Source: Podarcis pityusensis (taxonomy: Eukaryota). From it: a stretch of 64,000 nt of DNA. This document shows, in pieces, positions 11,966 to 27,063 of the stretch. Within the stretch, counting starts at the first letter, position 1. Each line of letters opens with the position of its first letter. The notes below the pieces were generated by a model. That model ran no database searches. It was given only the letters and a program-made list of their open reading frames with translations, and was not told the DNA's origin. The stretch lies in assembly GCA_964106645.2 (NCBI GenBank), contig OZ067039.1. The stretch is one strand, 5' to 3'. Made by a program: the position numbers and the translations under genes.

Positions 11966-14900
11966 GTGAGATTATTCTACTAATACTAAATAGAATATTC
12001 ATAAATGTGTTAAATGGTTGCAGAAATAGCAAGACTCTGTTGTTTTTGCATGGTTTCTATTATTAGAGCTGAGGACTTAATTTTAAAAATACACCTCTTG
12101 TATATAGTTTATCCTTTGACATTTCAGGCTTCATGATTGCTCATCTCTGAATCATGAATGTTCCGTATAGTGTTTGTCAGAGAAGTAACTATAGCCTAAG
12201 AGTGCATCTGTTATATAGGTAGTTTGCTGTCAAGTTAATGCACCTGATCAATAAAACCGTTGCAAGAGTGATTATTGAAATAATTCTTTTGTGGGGTGGA
12301 TAAGTCCTAAAAAAACTGAGCAGCTGAAATGGAATCCCACCCTTTTTTTTACCATATGGCAATAGCATTATGTTTTCAGTACACAAGTACTGGAGCCTAA
12401 AACTGGACTATTGGAAAATATGCCTATGGCTTTGTGAAATTTCTCCGTTCAATAGGAATGCATCTGTTAAAAAAAAAATAGTCCACTGGGATTTACAGTT
12501 TTCTTACAAAATGTTGAGCTGATCTCCTCCAGCAAGGGCAATAGATTTTGGTAGATTATAAGTCATTACTAAAAATAGATATAGACTCGCTTCAGACATT
12601 GGCCTATGCTGTTCAAATGAGGCCATATGTTATCAGGAAAGAGGCTGTGTGCTTAAAATGTATTGGGAATTTGTTTCCAGTTTCTGAAGGTTAATTACTA
12701 TTAAAAACAGCCAGCCATGTAATCAGTGAAAATCTGGACAATGGCAATTTTATTTTTTATTTTGGAATTTGTGATTAAGCTTGGTGGGTTTAATTTTTTT
12801 TATAAAGAGGATTTTGAAACCTAAGGATTCATGGGTAGTATGTGAAAAAGCAAAGATTGCAAAATTTTTGTTGCATTTCTAGGCATGGTATAAGCAAAAA
12901 ACATGGTGTGACCTAGTTTTGTTGTAATTTGGGATAGGAAAACCGGTAGATCAGAAGAAACCTATACTTGACTTAAATACAGTCTTAAAGATCTAAATAT
13001 ATTTTATAATCTAGTTATACTGCACAGAGAAGTGGAAGTTCTTGTATTATCTTGCATGCAGTTCTCTGGTAAAAGTACTATCATTAATGAGACTTTTTAG
13101 TTCATGCTGTATAGCCAGAAGTCTTGAAATAATTTTTCAGACTGGAAGTGTATTTTTCAGACTGGAAGGCTCGTGTAGAAGACCAAATTTAACCTTGGAA
13201 ACCATTAGCACTAGCACTGTCACTGCAGCAAGCTCTGACTTCCTGTTTAATTCATTCTGTACTGTGACAACGTAGCTACACTGTGACAGAATAAGACCGT
13301 GTCCTTACTCCTGTAGTTAAGGCCTCAAATCTATGAATGTCAGAGATGGAAATTTTCTGTTGGTGTACTGGCACACCATTTTTGGGTTGCTACTCTTGGG
13401 GCTATGGTCTGTATCTTGACACATGCTTTTCTTATATTGTATTGTGGTCAAAAATAATTTGTGGCAGTAAGTTGTTATCTGTTTACTTAAGCAGTAAGCA
13501 GAAGGCCATGGCAAGACCAAGTCTGATGTTTTCTTGTGCCTAGCAAAAGAAAGGTATTTTAATGAAATGGTTTCCAGTTTGTCACTGCTTGAATTCTGTG
13601 ATGAGCAAGACAAGAGCAGGACTTCAAAAGAAGAACCTAGCACTCAAGCAAATCCTCTTATGAATTTTAAAATAATCTTGGACATTTGCCTTCTCTAGTA
13701 TAAAATCCGTAATGCTTTTTTTCTTTGCACAAATAACTAAAAAATAAATGAGTTGGCCCACATTGTTCAAGTAAGCATGCAAGGTATATGCAATTCAAAA
13801 CAAAATGTGCAATATGAAGTGTGTTTGCAAAGGCCCTAAATACATCAAATCAGGGCTGTCTCTGGACCTATAATTGCCAGAATCTTCTTGGGCCCATGTT
13901 TAGTATCACTACACACAAACTATCTTGGCAGCTATAACAAAATGGCTTAAATAGATGGCAGTGTTACTTGATCGTGACTAACCCATTCACTGGGTGACCT
14001 CTTGCTATTTTAACATATCCATACACAAGTAGCTTCCTAATATAAGTCGGCTCTTCTATAAAGAGGGGGTTTGCAGTGTTTATATAAATATAATAAGTGC
14101 AGAATCTCTTTTTAGTCTCATCTGAATGCCTTTTGAAATACAAAATCCATATCCTTGAGGGATTTTCTCTTATAGCGAAAGATCCTCTGTTAGAAGTACA
14201 GAGCTGGCTTTCTTTCTGAAGGATGTTGGCTTTAATGTTTATGTAGATATTTTACAGGAACGTAGTTTAATTATATATATTCACCTATGCTGCAGTTCAT
14301 CATGACATTATGTATAAATCTAGGGTACTGTAAACAGGAGGATGGTAACTGGCTGTTAACATGCACTCTGGATAATAGTCCAGTGGCCAGAGTGTTAGAG
14401 TCGGGTCTCTTAATTATAAGCACATAGGCCTAAATTCTTCTGTCACAAATTAGGAATAAGGATTTGAGGCTTTAAGGGCACTTGAGAACAAATCAAATTC
14501 TACCCACCTTGAACAGTATAGCAGTACATAAGGACCAAGTGCTTGGCTGTTGATATTAATGTGATGCCAAAATGTATGTCCGGTGACATAATCCTGTCCT
14601 GCCCCTAGTAACAGCTGTTGGCACTGCTGCATCACTGTTTTCCTGGATGGGATGCTGCATTGCTGTATGAGAGTTCCCGTACTGTGCTGCTGGGGAGGAG
14701 ATCAGAACACAACCAGTTCCACAATGCAGCATTTTTGAACTTAGGAGGGATTCCTGGAAGTGTGAAAGCTCATACAATGTATGCAACTAATTATGATTCT
14801 TGGGATATCCCTGGTTGGATATCGAGGATATCCCTAGTGCCATCTTATTAGGGTAGGACGCCATTATGTCTGCAGCAGTGTAAAGCAACATTTGGTCTGC

Positions 14901-17900
14901 TTCAACTGAAGCAGACCTATAGACCCGGGTTGCAAATAAATGTGCCCAGACACTTTAAAGCAGATATGCAGGTTATTTCTCAGCTGTAGCCAGTACCAAT
15001 TCTGCCCTAATGAATAGATATGCAGGCCGGGGGGCGGGGGGGCGGGTAGCAGCTGGACATGGATGGGCTGGCTTTCCTGCTTGTCTGTCTGCCCACATGG
15101 TGGTGGTTAAAGGTCTGTAAAATAGTGTGAATTGTCCTTCTGTGGTTTCTCAACCAAAAAATACAACACAGAGCAATATGAGCTGTGCTTGTGGCTCACT
15201 GTTATCTTAGTTCTGGTCTCTAAAGACACAAAGGGAGAAGAAAGCTGCACACAGAGCCAGTGTAACCTGCAGTGCAGTTTGAATCCAGAAATGCAGCACG
15301 GAGCAATAGAGTGAGTGCATGTGGCTCACTCTCCCTTTTGCCAGTAGTCTTTTAAACTATAAAGGGTATGCATGCATTTGACATGCCAGTGCATAGTATT
15401 TATGGCCTGGTAGAATGGGAGATTACTTGTGGCAATGGGAGATTACTTACGTTGTTAGGCCTGCTTCAAATGCTGGAGCTTGGTCTTGCAAAAACACAGT
15501 GGTGGATAATAGACAGAAAGGTAAGTGATCGCTCTGTATTTGTTTGTAAGCATGCTGTAAAAGCAAAAACATCATTATGGTTGTAGAAATAATGTCCTGG
15601 CTAGAATAATGTTGACTAGATTCTGTAATATGACCTGCTTGTAATTCTCAAAATACAATGCAGCTGTCAATGCCATATACTTTTACTGAGAAAATGTATG
15701 CAAAGCACTTTGAACATTTGAAAATGCTAGATAAACTATGTGAGAAAGCAGGATATTATTAATAATATAATACTACATGCCATCTCTTTGCAATATTTCC
15801 TTTTTTAAGAAAGGCACACAAGATCATACCATTTAGCAGAAAATGGAGGCTGAGTGATTCAACTAAAGATTAATTTAATTTTCACATTGATTTAAAAACT
15901 TTTTAAAATCCTGTGAGTGTAGTGTTAGCTTATTATTCATTGAAGAATAATAAGTTATTTTTAAATAGAACTTTATCTTGCACAATAAGGCAACTATTTG
16001 GACATCTGAGGAGAAAGTTGGCAATGATGCGTTATTTTTGTGGCTGTTCCACTGAACTAAGTGGAGCTTATTTCTGAGTATAAGATTGCACTCCTGGTGT
16101 CTTATTGTCTTTTAAAGATCTCATTGTCTTATTTTCCATTGTGTCACTGTTTGAAGTCAGCAGTATAATAGACTTGGTCATAGCAACTGCTTTTTGCTGA
16201 TGCTCTGCCCTCATGTTTACAAAGATTTTCTTCTGTGTACTCCTTCATAAAAGTGGGACACCTTGCCTGTTTAGCAATAAAGAAAGTTAAGGTTGAGATA
16301 GGAAGATATATTATTGATGATAAAAAGAATGCAATTCTATATACTTAGCTTACATTAGAGCAGATTATTGAAAATCTTGAATCTATTAACTGAAAATACA
16401 TCTGTTAAACATACTCACAGACTTCTTGCTGTTAAGACATTTCAAACAAAAGTTCAGATTCTGATCTTTTCCCTGGGTAACTCCACTAAAATCTGTAGGG
16501 CTGCTTTCACACAAGTGGTTTCTCAACAGCTAGCAAAGTGTTGATGGTTTTCTCCTGCTGTGGCTATATGATAAAATCTCATAATTTGAATCAAGAGTTG
16601 TGAAAACAGATTTAGAATTTTTATCTCATTTGTTCTTAATTTTCCTATCCTTGAATCACTTCCTGGCATCAGGGTTTTCAAGTGGCCTTTATAAGGAAGT
16701 TTTGGAATGATTCTCATATTCATTACATACTCTGATGGACAGCAAGGAGCTAGGAGGACAACAGGGGACAGCATTTGTTTTCTGCACTTCCCAAACAGGC
16801 CCAAATTGGATTCAGTGCATTAAAAAACAAAAAAACAAAAAAAGAAACCACAACTGGCTATACATGTGCAAGATTTACCTAGAACCAGTCTGGGAGAACA
16901 TGTACAAGTCACTCCAACTCATAAAACTCAAAAGTTGTTCAGCAAGAGTTAGACGGTTTTTGCTTAAGCAATAAAGGCTTTTGCAATATTTTCCCTCCCT
17001 CTTCTTTAATATAGCCAAAACTTCAGTGCATTTAAGAACCTCTATTTAAAATCATGTCATTGAAAGAGCTGTAGAAGGAAGGTAGAACATAATGGTAAAG
17101 ACAATGTACCAACCATGGCGAGAGGGGCTGAAGCAGTCTTTCCGCTCTGTAAAACGAAATATTTATATTCCTTTTGCTCCTCTCCTTTTCCTGCATTTTT
17201 CAGAGTGGTAGACATGAGTGAGGAAGAACCACTTATCTAGGATCCCTCTTAGGTGATAAGGATTATTTAAATAATAGTTTTTAGATAAGTTTCAGAAACC
17301 CAAGACTTGTTTTTAAATTCAGGTGTGTTTATATGTACAGGAGCAGTGCATAAAATATGATGAGTTAACATATGCTTATTCTTTAAACAATGCTTCAATT
17401 AAATTGCTTACATCATCAGCAAACATTGTTACTGAAGCCTTAATCTTCAAAGAACTCTCACTTTAAAAGACACACCACAGCCTTTGCTACAAGCAAGTTT
17501 GTCACACCCAGACAGGCTTTTGATTCTACAGTGTTTGGCATTCATGTTGGCAATTTATGGATTAGATTGCCTCACCCTGGGAAACACAATATAGAAACAT
17601 TCAGCAGTAACTATCAGGCGATATGGGTGCAAACTGTGACACATCGTGACCCTTAGTCTGTGTGTATGCATGTTCTACCTAGTAAGAGTAGAATGAAATC
17701 ATACAAGCATAGGTGCAAGGGGTTACACAAAAAGTAGATGTCATAATTTCATGTTCTTCTTGCACCACTGAATTTTTATACAACTGCAGAACCTAGTGCC
17801 ACTGCTTGAATTACAGGGGTCCAGAATCCTTACCATATGTGACATCTTAATAGTGACTATTTTAAAAAACTTTTGGAGATGTTATTTGTCTATTTGTCTA

Positions 17901-20900
17901 AAAGTGGAGAGATTCAGAGAGTAGAGCCTGTGGATTTCATTAAGGGCTGCCCAACCCTCCCATCAAATGAGCATTTTAAGTATCGCTGTGCTTGTGGAAC
18001 ACAGATGATGACAGGTTTAGTTTTGAAAGTGCAAGCACTCTGCCTGAATCCAGAATAAGATTTCACTGCCTGCTGCAGGAAAAAATTGCTGAAGTTCTAA
18101 AGTTGTGTTTGCACCAAAGCTTCTTGAAAGCAGAGATGTGCCATAATTATTTGTGACTCTTATTTCTAATATGTTCAAGAGTATCACAATGCATGCTCTG
18201 TATGCGGCAAACCTCAGGAGTATGCAGTCTTTAATAGTGCTTTCAGGTTTTTTCTCTTTTAAAGAGAGCCTTTCTGTCATCTGAAGTATGATTCAAGCTG
18301 GTGTGTGTGTGTGTGTGTATGCACATGCGTGCGCACATCCACAGAATTTTAAAATGGAAATTATGGATTGGTACCAGTGTGTGGAGCAAGAACTCCTGCA
18401 AATTTGGCTCAGTTGTGCAATCTCTGCATTAAAATATGTCCCCTTGTCCTTTTGGAGGCTGATAAGCAATGGCACATGTTTCAAAATGATTTCAACCTTG
18501 AGGAAAGACACCAACCATTTTTTTCTCTTTCAAATGAAGTTATAGCACAGTGCAGAATATTAACTGACATCCTTTAGTGTATATTAAGCAAATATCTGAT
18601 GATTACTACCATCAGTGTTTAGTTTTACAAAAATCTTTTTTAAACCGTGAGGTTTAATTAATTAATTAGAAGTGTCTTGCATCTTGACTAAATGTACAAA
18701 ATGCATGATGATACTGGTATGTCTCTGAGAAACAGCTGCTATTTCCTTATCGGTTGACAGCCTTCTATTCTTTAGTGGTAGAAAGCAGTTATTTAGTAAT
18801 GTAATCTTTATTAGTCAGGCTCTTATTAGCACAATTACTTGCTTGTTCTTTGTAGACTTTCCAATTCAGTATCCTTTGAACCACCTGTTAAAGTAAAACT
18901 ACAGATACATTATAGCAAACTGCGGTAAATAAACACAAGTGCTCATGCTTTATTGTGCTGCTGGTCATCTGTTTACTTATTTATTATGCCCATATAGTCA
19001 TCAGACTTGATTAATTCATTCATATAGGTATTTTGAGGTTAGCACAGTGACTTGATGTGGTGTCCAATGGGATATTGGCAGAGGGCAATGGCCATTGTTT
19101 TCATTCCCCCCAATAGAGCCAATTTGTGTTTATTTTAAAGGGAAGCTATGCAACCACTCCTCATATTTGACAAACATTGCATCTGTTTTTGTACTTCCCC
19201 ATCCACACCAGAATACAAACAACCCCAGAAGAAATTGTCCTTTGGCTGGAGAAAACTGGCTCAATTTCCAGGGGACCTGGGCAAGAGCACACTGTTCCTA
19301 TTATATAGAAAAAGAAGTAAGAGCCATGTTGTATGGTAGTCCTCTTGTACTGCACCACTTCAGAATGAACACGCGAAGCTCTGCATTGGCATATTAAGCC
19401 CTATCTACTCCAGCTAGCAGCAGCTCTCCTAGGGTTAAAAAAATTGGTGCCCTACCCCTGAGCACCCCTCCCGCAATGAAGCAAACATTTGCTTCACAGA
19501 GATAAATGGATTTTGTTTTTGAGTGTTAAAACGTGAGACAGGAAGTAGAATTGCAACTGACTTGCACATCTCCTTTTAACTGCATGTTGCAGTGGGGGAA
19601 ACCACTCCCAAAATGAAAACCTACTTCTGTTTAAGAGTTGGGGTTGATTCTTTGTTTCTTCTTTGTACCCTTAGTGGTTGATTTTATTATTATTATTATT
19701 CCTTACTTGTACCTCTAGTGAAACTGCTTGATAGCCTGTTAACATGATTAAGCATGGTTTTGCCAAAGCACAAATCTTTTTCTGAGCTAGGCATGGGACA
19801 AGTGGAAGTGTGGACAAGGCTTTAGGCTCCTAGTTGCATGCTTATCAGATGTCTTCAGACATACTCCTTCTTAACTAGCAGAAAGCATGACCACCCACTC
19901 TGCATATGGATGGACCCATCCTTTGCAAGTGTGAAGCAACTTTTCTTGAATTGGGTAGCAGGGACATACTGTATTCTATTTCTTCTTGGCCATAATGCAT
20001 GTTTTATTTCAGAACTGTGCATATAGCAGCTTAATACATTTTTCCTATAAAGCTATCTTGGCTTAAATTTCAAGATATTGATTAAATATGAAGAATCCTC
20101 CTGGAAAGATGTGAAGTGATCTGTCTATACAGAATGTTAAGAAACTGTTATGGAAGAATACCAGTAACTATAGACATGTCAGCCTCCCTTTGACAAGAAA
20201 AGAAAATAGGTTGAGATCTTCTTAGAGGTGGGAGGTGGCAGAATAGTTCAGAATATGATGAGATTATGTGCTTTAAATTAAATAAGAAGGAACAGTGTGA
20301 AGTCAAAAGTCTGTAAAAATAGACATTAGTTCCTGTAAGTCATGTAGAGGGAACCTGCACAGCACCTATCTTCTTGGTGAAAGGCTGCTGAGTTCATCTC
20401 ATAGGATTTTCTTGTATCTCCTAAGAATGGTCAGACTCTTATTGGTTTTTAAGTATATATCTGCTGAAACAGGATGTAAGAAATGCTCACTTGTCAAAGC
20501 TATGCTTTCCTGGATCTCCCTGTGTTTTTTACACAGTGACTTGAATGTCTTCATAACTTTTCTTGATACATGAATGCAGATACTGTTGCAAGATGTGGCA
20601 GGTCTAAAACTGGCATCACACCTACTTGATGCTCACAACTCATTAATTATGACAACTGGATGACTAATTCCAAAGAGCTTCAAACCTTTCCTTAATGTTC
20701 TGTTCTAATGTTTGATGTTCAAAATTAAATAGGTATTTTTTTGCTCAATCACGTGAGTTTTGGCTGGTGCAGAAACTTGCAAGTGCTGTCAGTTTGAATA
20801 GTATTGTCAGTACCCTGCTTATATTAAATGGGAGGATAATGTCTGTCTCAGCCATGAGCTCTGCTGACCCATAGCTCCACCGTACTTAGCATATATGATA

Positions 20901-23900
20901 AGAGTACGGTAAGTAGCGTTCTAACTAAAATGGAAAATGAGCATTTAAAAAATGTTCTTAAAAATTATGCATTGCCTTGGAACGTGGACCATTCTTTTAT
21001 AGTCTCTCTTTGTTGTTTTGTGAGATAACTTGTTGCCTTTTTTTTTTTTTTTTTACCATGGGTGAACTAAGGTTATCTTTCCTGGTTGAGAAGATGGAAC
21101 CGGTGTAGGCTCCTCCATTTGAGTGACAGGTATTAGGGACCAATAGAGCTCTCCTCTGTTTTTCACAAGTTTTTTACTTCTTTCTGTTCCTTCTTTCTGA
21201 CTTTAGAACATGCTGATCACAATCTAGTCAAAGTCCAAAATTGTACACTAAGCCACATTACCTTCTCTAATGGGAATATAAGCGTTGATGTTCCATAGGC
21301 TTGCTTTCCAGCTATGAATTCACTTTTAAGTATGAACATATCTAAAGGAAATGACCTCCTTCTAGGTCTGTTAGGATCCTGTAATGCTAAAAATATGTTT
21401 AGCTCTATTCACCATTGGACTTTCCCAAAACTTTCCTTATATGCAATTGCAGTATATTGTCCCTTGTGCATGTTTCTTCTATGGCTTTTAAAAAAAACTT
21501 TGGCATCATTGAACTTGCCCATAAAGGGCCCAGTGATTAACTTGCAAAACACAAGTTAATCTCTCTAGATAACCTGAAATATTGTATTACTTCTGGAAGT
21601 TGTTTCGATGAGATGAGAGCAAAAGAATGTGTGTATAAAATAAGATAAATTCTTATTACTTTAAGGTAAGCTATTTCAATCTGGGGTTTCAGCCTGCTTT
21701 GGGACTGGAAACAGCCATTATCACTTTTGTGGATTATTTACATCAGAAGGTGGAAGGTGGACTGTGTTCCTGTTGGTTCCTCTGGACTTTTCAGTCACAA
21801 TCAGTACCATTGACCAAGGGGGTAGGGCTTGGGTGCACTGTTAAGTAGGCTCTGCTTATTCCTTCTGAGGCAGGGCTCAGAAAATGATGCTGGGGCAGCT
21901 ACTGTTCCTCCCTGTGGCGAGTTGCCTGCAGGGTTCTTTCCTTGTTCTGCTTAAGCATCTACATAAAAGCTCTGGGTGAATGGACACAGTTGAAGCTGAA
22001 GCTTGAAATCTCCAATTTTGAGATCTGGGCTATATAGTCATCAGTGTGCAGATACATAAACCTTTTTCATTTTCATCTGCTCCTAGGGAGACAGTAAGGA
22101 AATAAGGTGGTAAAAAATTGAGAAGGATATACATTTTAAACTCAAAAACTGTGTATACCAGCAAAGCTCAGCATCAACAAGGTCTGTTGCTTCAAGCATT
22201 GACTTAACAATTTACTTTTCACCTTTTCCCTTGTTGGGGAGTAAAGCAAATTCTGATGGAGAATTATATTTTAAAAATATAATTCTACTATTGGATTGCC
22301 ATGCTTTTATTACTTACCTGGCCTCTTGAAAATGGGTGTAAGAGATGAGCTGGTATTTAACTTGGCATGTCTCTACTGACTTTGGAAAATTACAGCTTGA
22401 CCTCAAGGTTAGGTAGCAAAGAACTGCAAGCAGGGCTCGTGTGCATAGTTAAACAAAGCCTTGTTGCTAATCCCATGTCCAGAGTAAGTTCACAATACTT
22501 TCCTATAGGGCAGAAACATTTTTTATTTTATTTTTTTAGGTAGGTGAGTTTAAGTAGACTACCTGGGACTAATGTTATACCCATTAAAACAACAATGAGA
22601 AATTTGAAATATAAAACAGTGGGCACATCTTAGCAGGCATGCCAACTCGGGGGGGGGGTGTCTTCACCCCTCTGAATATTTGTTGGATATTGTTGAGGGG
22701 GCCTGGTGCATGTCGCATGCATGTGACGTATGTCATGTATGCTGCACTTTGCAGCATCAGCGGCTGGCTCCTCCAGAGCGCTCTACCTCTTCCAGATGAC
22801 ACAACGTTGAACTTTCTGTTTAGTTGGGTATCTGTTGTTTCGGTCAAGAGTGAACTATGAAAGTACGTGCTAAGTGATGGTTTTGGCTATTGTATGTGAG
22901 AAATACTTGGGAGGTGTGTTACAGATGACAACATGGTAATGCCTTCACTGCAAGTCATTGTGCCTCAGTTAAATATCTATGTACCGTAAATTCCAATGTT
23001 GGTCTCACTACACTGAATGGAATTTCAATGTATGCAGTGTACTCTTGTTATCTGTAACACTGGGTAATGTGGAATACCAATATTTGAATTCCAAGACTTG
23101 CAGTTTTTATTGAACTACTGATAACTGTATAGCACAGAGCAAATGACATGTACTGCACTGCTGCATTTCAAGTAAACAGATGAGCTCTTTGGGCTTTAAA
23201 TGCTAAGAGGATGGTTTTGAGATTATGGTCATAAAAGGTTGTTTGTCATATTTAAAGATGCTTCAGATTTAAAAAGAATTATTTATACCTTTGTATAACA
23301 CGGGGGTGGGAATACAAGCCTCAATATATCCTATCAGTGGAGTAAAAAAATAAAAGAAAAAGATAAGAATGTAGGAGAGTAAAAATTCAGCTCAGTAAGG
23401 ATGTTTCCCACTTGGACTATTTCACCACTTCGTTTATATCAATATGAGTGTTTGGAAATGTATATCTAGTTATGTTTTACTCTAATTGCATAAAGAACTA
23501 AATATAATTGTTTTAAGAAACTACTTTTACTGAGGCTTGAAGTCTGTGGTTTTAAATCAGCATTTGACGTGTCAAGCTGATGAAATTTGGCAAACATGGC
23601 CTTGCATCAGACAGGGTTATATTTTTAATATTTTGTTTATTATTCACATATTGTGATTCTACTTTCCAAACAGGACTGGTGGTAGCTCTTGACTGTCTTA
23701 AATTTGCTTCAATATATTTTGGATATTTAAACTGCATTTCCATCCTGAATGTGCTTAAGGTAGTTTACAACAACCTAACAAAACACACAGCAAAAAATCA
23801 ATGCAAAATATCAATATAATTACATACAGTGACAGCAAAACTATCCATGTTGAGACTTGAGAACTAAAATATATTCTAAAATAAGTAAGTGTTCAGTTGA

Positions 23901-24769
23901 CAGCTAACACCATATGATGTAGCCTTGGAGGCCTCCCAAAAAAAGTATTCCAGAGCTGCCATGCTACACTGGAAAATCCCCATTTTGAGTACACGTATCT
24001 AATTATCCATGGAAAGGTAGCCTATTGGAGATCCCTAAAAGTAGTGGGATTTTATATGAGAGAAAGTGTTGTCTAAAACACACAACATATTTAAGGTCAT
24101 CATTTAGTGACAGTGAATTCTGAAATGCTTTTCACTAGGTCTTGATTTGCCTTAAATACTGAAAAAAAATCTTTTTGGATTTTTTAAAAATATGAGGTTG
24201 TTTTGAACTGCATTATTTGTAGAACTGATTTTGCCTTACTTATTGTGTATTTGATATGATTGTATTGATCAAAATGCTGTTCACTTGTTTTTAATGCTTC
24301 TTTATTGTGAGCCATTTTGAGCTCAACTTTGTTGCAAAAGTGGCATGCAAATATTAAATCAAACTAAATTGCGTTAAAGCAATTTTTATGCCACATAAGA
24401 AAAATATTTACTCAAATGATGCAGACATTATATATTCTGTACAGTATCTCGTTTCTTGGTAGGAGTACCTCTGAATTAGGTTCAGATAACCTTGACTTCC
24501 TAACTTGAAGTAACAGTACTTTTGTTTCAAAATTATTGTGCTCCAAGGGACTGATCCGGTGTATACCCACTTAACTTCAGTAAATGCTGCAGCCTCCAGT
24601 GCTTACAAACTGTTCTCCAAACCATTAATAGTTTGCTTTACTCTAATCAATATAAGCTGATTCGGAGTATTTTATTAAATTGCTGCTTAAAAAAAATCTG
24701 ATTTGAAAAGGTTTCTGGGTAGTTCTTAGTAGCATTCTCTTTAAACTGGTATTTGTGTTTTACTTGCAG

Positions 24770-24851
24770 GATCGCACGAGAACTTTTGACATGCATTCAC
24801 TGGAGAACTCGCTAATTGACATAATGAGAGCTGAAAGTGATTCACTGAAAG
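24770..24851 (+). CDS. CPEB4: CPEB4 coding exon 2 (82 nt; DRTRTFDMHSLENSLIDIMRAESDSLK-G)
   Basis: Acceptor gtgttttacttgcAG|GAT and donor AAAG|GTAAAC. Hand translation matches the CPEB2-4 MHSLENSLIDIMRAE motif. Phase 0-1. Confidence 0.96.
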
Positions 24852-27063
24852 GTAAACTTGGATTACTCTTTTCCTGCAATAAATAATTAGGCTGACATAC
24901 TTGCACAAAGTATGAAGCTCAAGTATTTATAGAATAGCTAAAGCAGTTACTTCCCCCTCCTATTTGTTAGTTTGTCCAGACTCTGGACCTCCTTTTTCTT
25001 TTGCTTCAAGTGGAAGCCGTCAGTAAAACATTTGTGTGTGGTTAATGGCCTCCTTGGCATAAAACCTCTTAAAAACACAGGCCATGTTTTCCAACATTGC
25101 TTTCTGAAGTGGATTCAGATTAGTAACACTTTTAAAATGTGATTTAAAATTGAAGGCTTATCTGAAGATATGTAAAATGCACCTACCCTGTTGGCCTATT
25201 TTCCTCAGTATGATATTTTACAGTCTTGGGCAATCCTGTTATACCATAGATATAATGTACAAGAGTCCTTTGAATATTAAGGGTTTTGTTGGAGTACAAG
25301 GTAACCAACTGACCTAGCCCTAGAGCTGTGTATGTACTGTCTGTCTGGTAAGCTGGTGGAAAAAGTGAGCTAAGCATATAAGTTACAGAAGTGATGAATT
25401 TTGGTTTGGATGAAGATGCCACTCAGTGTTGTTTCATTGTGGTTCCTCTATATTGTGATACACCTACAAAACAAGATGGTGCATAATTTGCCCCTGAATT
25501 GAAGTTTAAGGTCCATTTAACTTGGGACAGGCCAAATGCACTGGTTCCACTCCATAATTAATTTCTTTTCAATGACTCTTGGAATTATGGGAAAGGTAGT
25601 TCCCATGTTCCATCTCTGCTCCTAGGCCTGGTGATATGGTAGCCTCTTTGACCGTGGTAGCTATATTTCCCATTACATGGATTGGCTCAAGTGTTCCTAG
25701 GAACAACCCAGGCCCAAGAGCAGGCTGAGGTCTCAACAATGGGGAACTATACTACTAGTAATTAGGGATATAGAAGTGCCCTGACTCCCCATTGTTCAGA
25801 CTTGGAGCTGATTCAAAATCTTTTAAACTCTGGCATATGTGATGACAAAATTATCTGTTGTCATTGAGCATTTTGTGTTCCTGCAGACTCCAGTTAATCT
25901 GTGCATTATGCAGAATGGATGATACTCCTAGTCCAAATTTACTGCTGAAATCTTGTAAATTCTGACAATGACACTTTGACATTGAAAACTTTGTCAGAAA
26001 CATCTTAGTGGGTACACATACTGCCTACTCTGGATGTAGAGAATAAATTAATAAATGTCTGCTGCCTGACAAAATGAACAATGCTTTTATCAGCTGAAAA
26101 TGGTACAGCTTGAGGAATTGAGGAGGTCACATAAATAACCATTCTTCTGTTCTGAAAATGGTTTGAATCAAAACATACCTGAAATATGTTAACGTACAAC
26201 CTCCTAGAAGCAGCATGTTAAGCAATACATTTGTCTTGTTTAGGGTCAGTGCTTAAGCAATAATCTTAACTTACATGTCTCGGGGTTTTATGTGTCAGAC
26301 TCCCTTATTTATCTACTTTGTCCAAGGCTTTTGCTTTAGTTCATCACTGGCCTTGGCATGGCTAGAGCAGATTTACGGCCTTCCTGGAAAGTAAATTTCT
26401 TCTATTGTCTAGGTTTCTGGTAGTAATGGAATTAACTTACCCTTTAATAGTTCTTGTCACAAAGAATCCCAAAATGCTTGACACAGTGGCTACCCAGAGT
26501 TGCTTCTACCCACTTCTGGGGTGAAAGCAGTAGCTACCACTGTCACCAAACATAAATAGCTATTCAGGGTGGAGAATAAATTATCCAGGTGAAACATATG
26601 GGGGACCTGAGCAGCAGGTATGGTCTTTCCTCAAAGAGAAGAGAGCCAAATCCAGTTTCATTTAGCTTCCTGCGCCATGGCCTTAAACTATGTGAAATAG
26701 AATCTTAATATATAACCATGTTGCCTCATGTGCAAGTACAAAAATGTCCTATCTTTGTAATTAATTACCTTGCAGGCTTATACTGATATCAAGTATATAA
26801 CTTACATTATGCTGCATGGAACCAGCTTATAGAAAACGCAATTTAGCAAGTGGTGTGGTGTAACTAGGCAAGTCCCATGCCTTGAACAGTAGCAATGAAC
26901 ATGCATTATTGTTTGATTTCAGTTACATAATACTGTTGTTGGGTTTCAGAGCCTTTCCAAGGACTGTATCTTCTGTACCTTGCTTCTTGGGAGGAGTACC
27001 TCTGAATTTGGTTCAGATAACTTTCACTTCCTCATTTGAGTATCCACAGCTGGCTAATGGCCT

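Noticed and set aside
11388-12032. Alternative-frame and antisense ORFs overlapping exon 1
   Set aside because: Shadows of the CPEB4 coding exon with no independent support.
14588-14868. Imperfect inverted repeat pair CATAATCCTGTCCTGCCCCTAGTAAC / CTTATTAGGGTAGGACGCCATTATG
   Set aside because: Probably an old MITE, but too degenerate and without a clear TSD, so not listed as a feature.
26568-26617. AG...GT-bounded segment containing R-I-N-Y-P-G codons as a possible diverged exon 3
   Set aside because: It is 50 nt rather than 51, has no polypyrimidine tract, and the matching codons are not in the required phase-1 frame.
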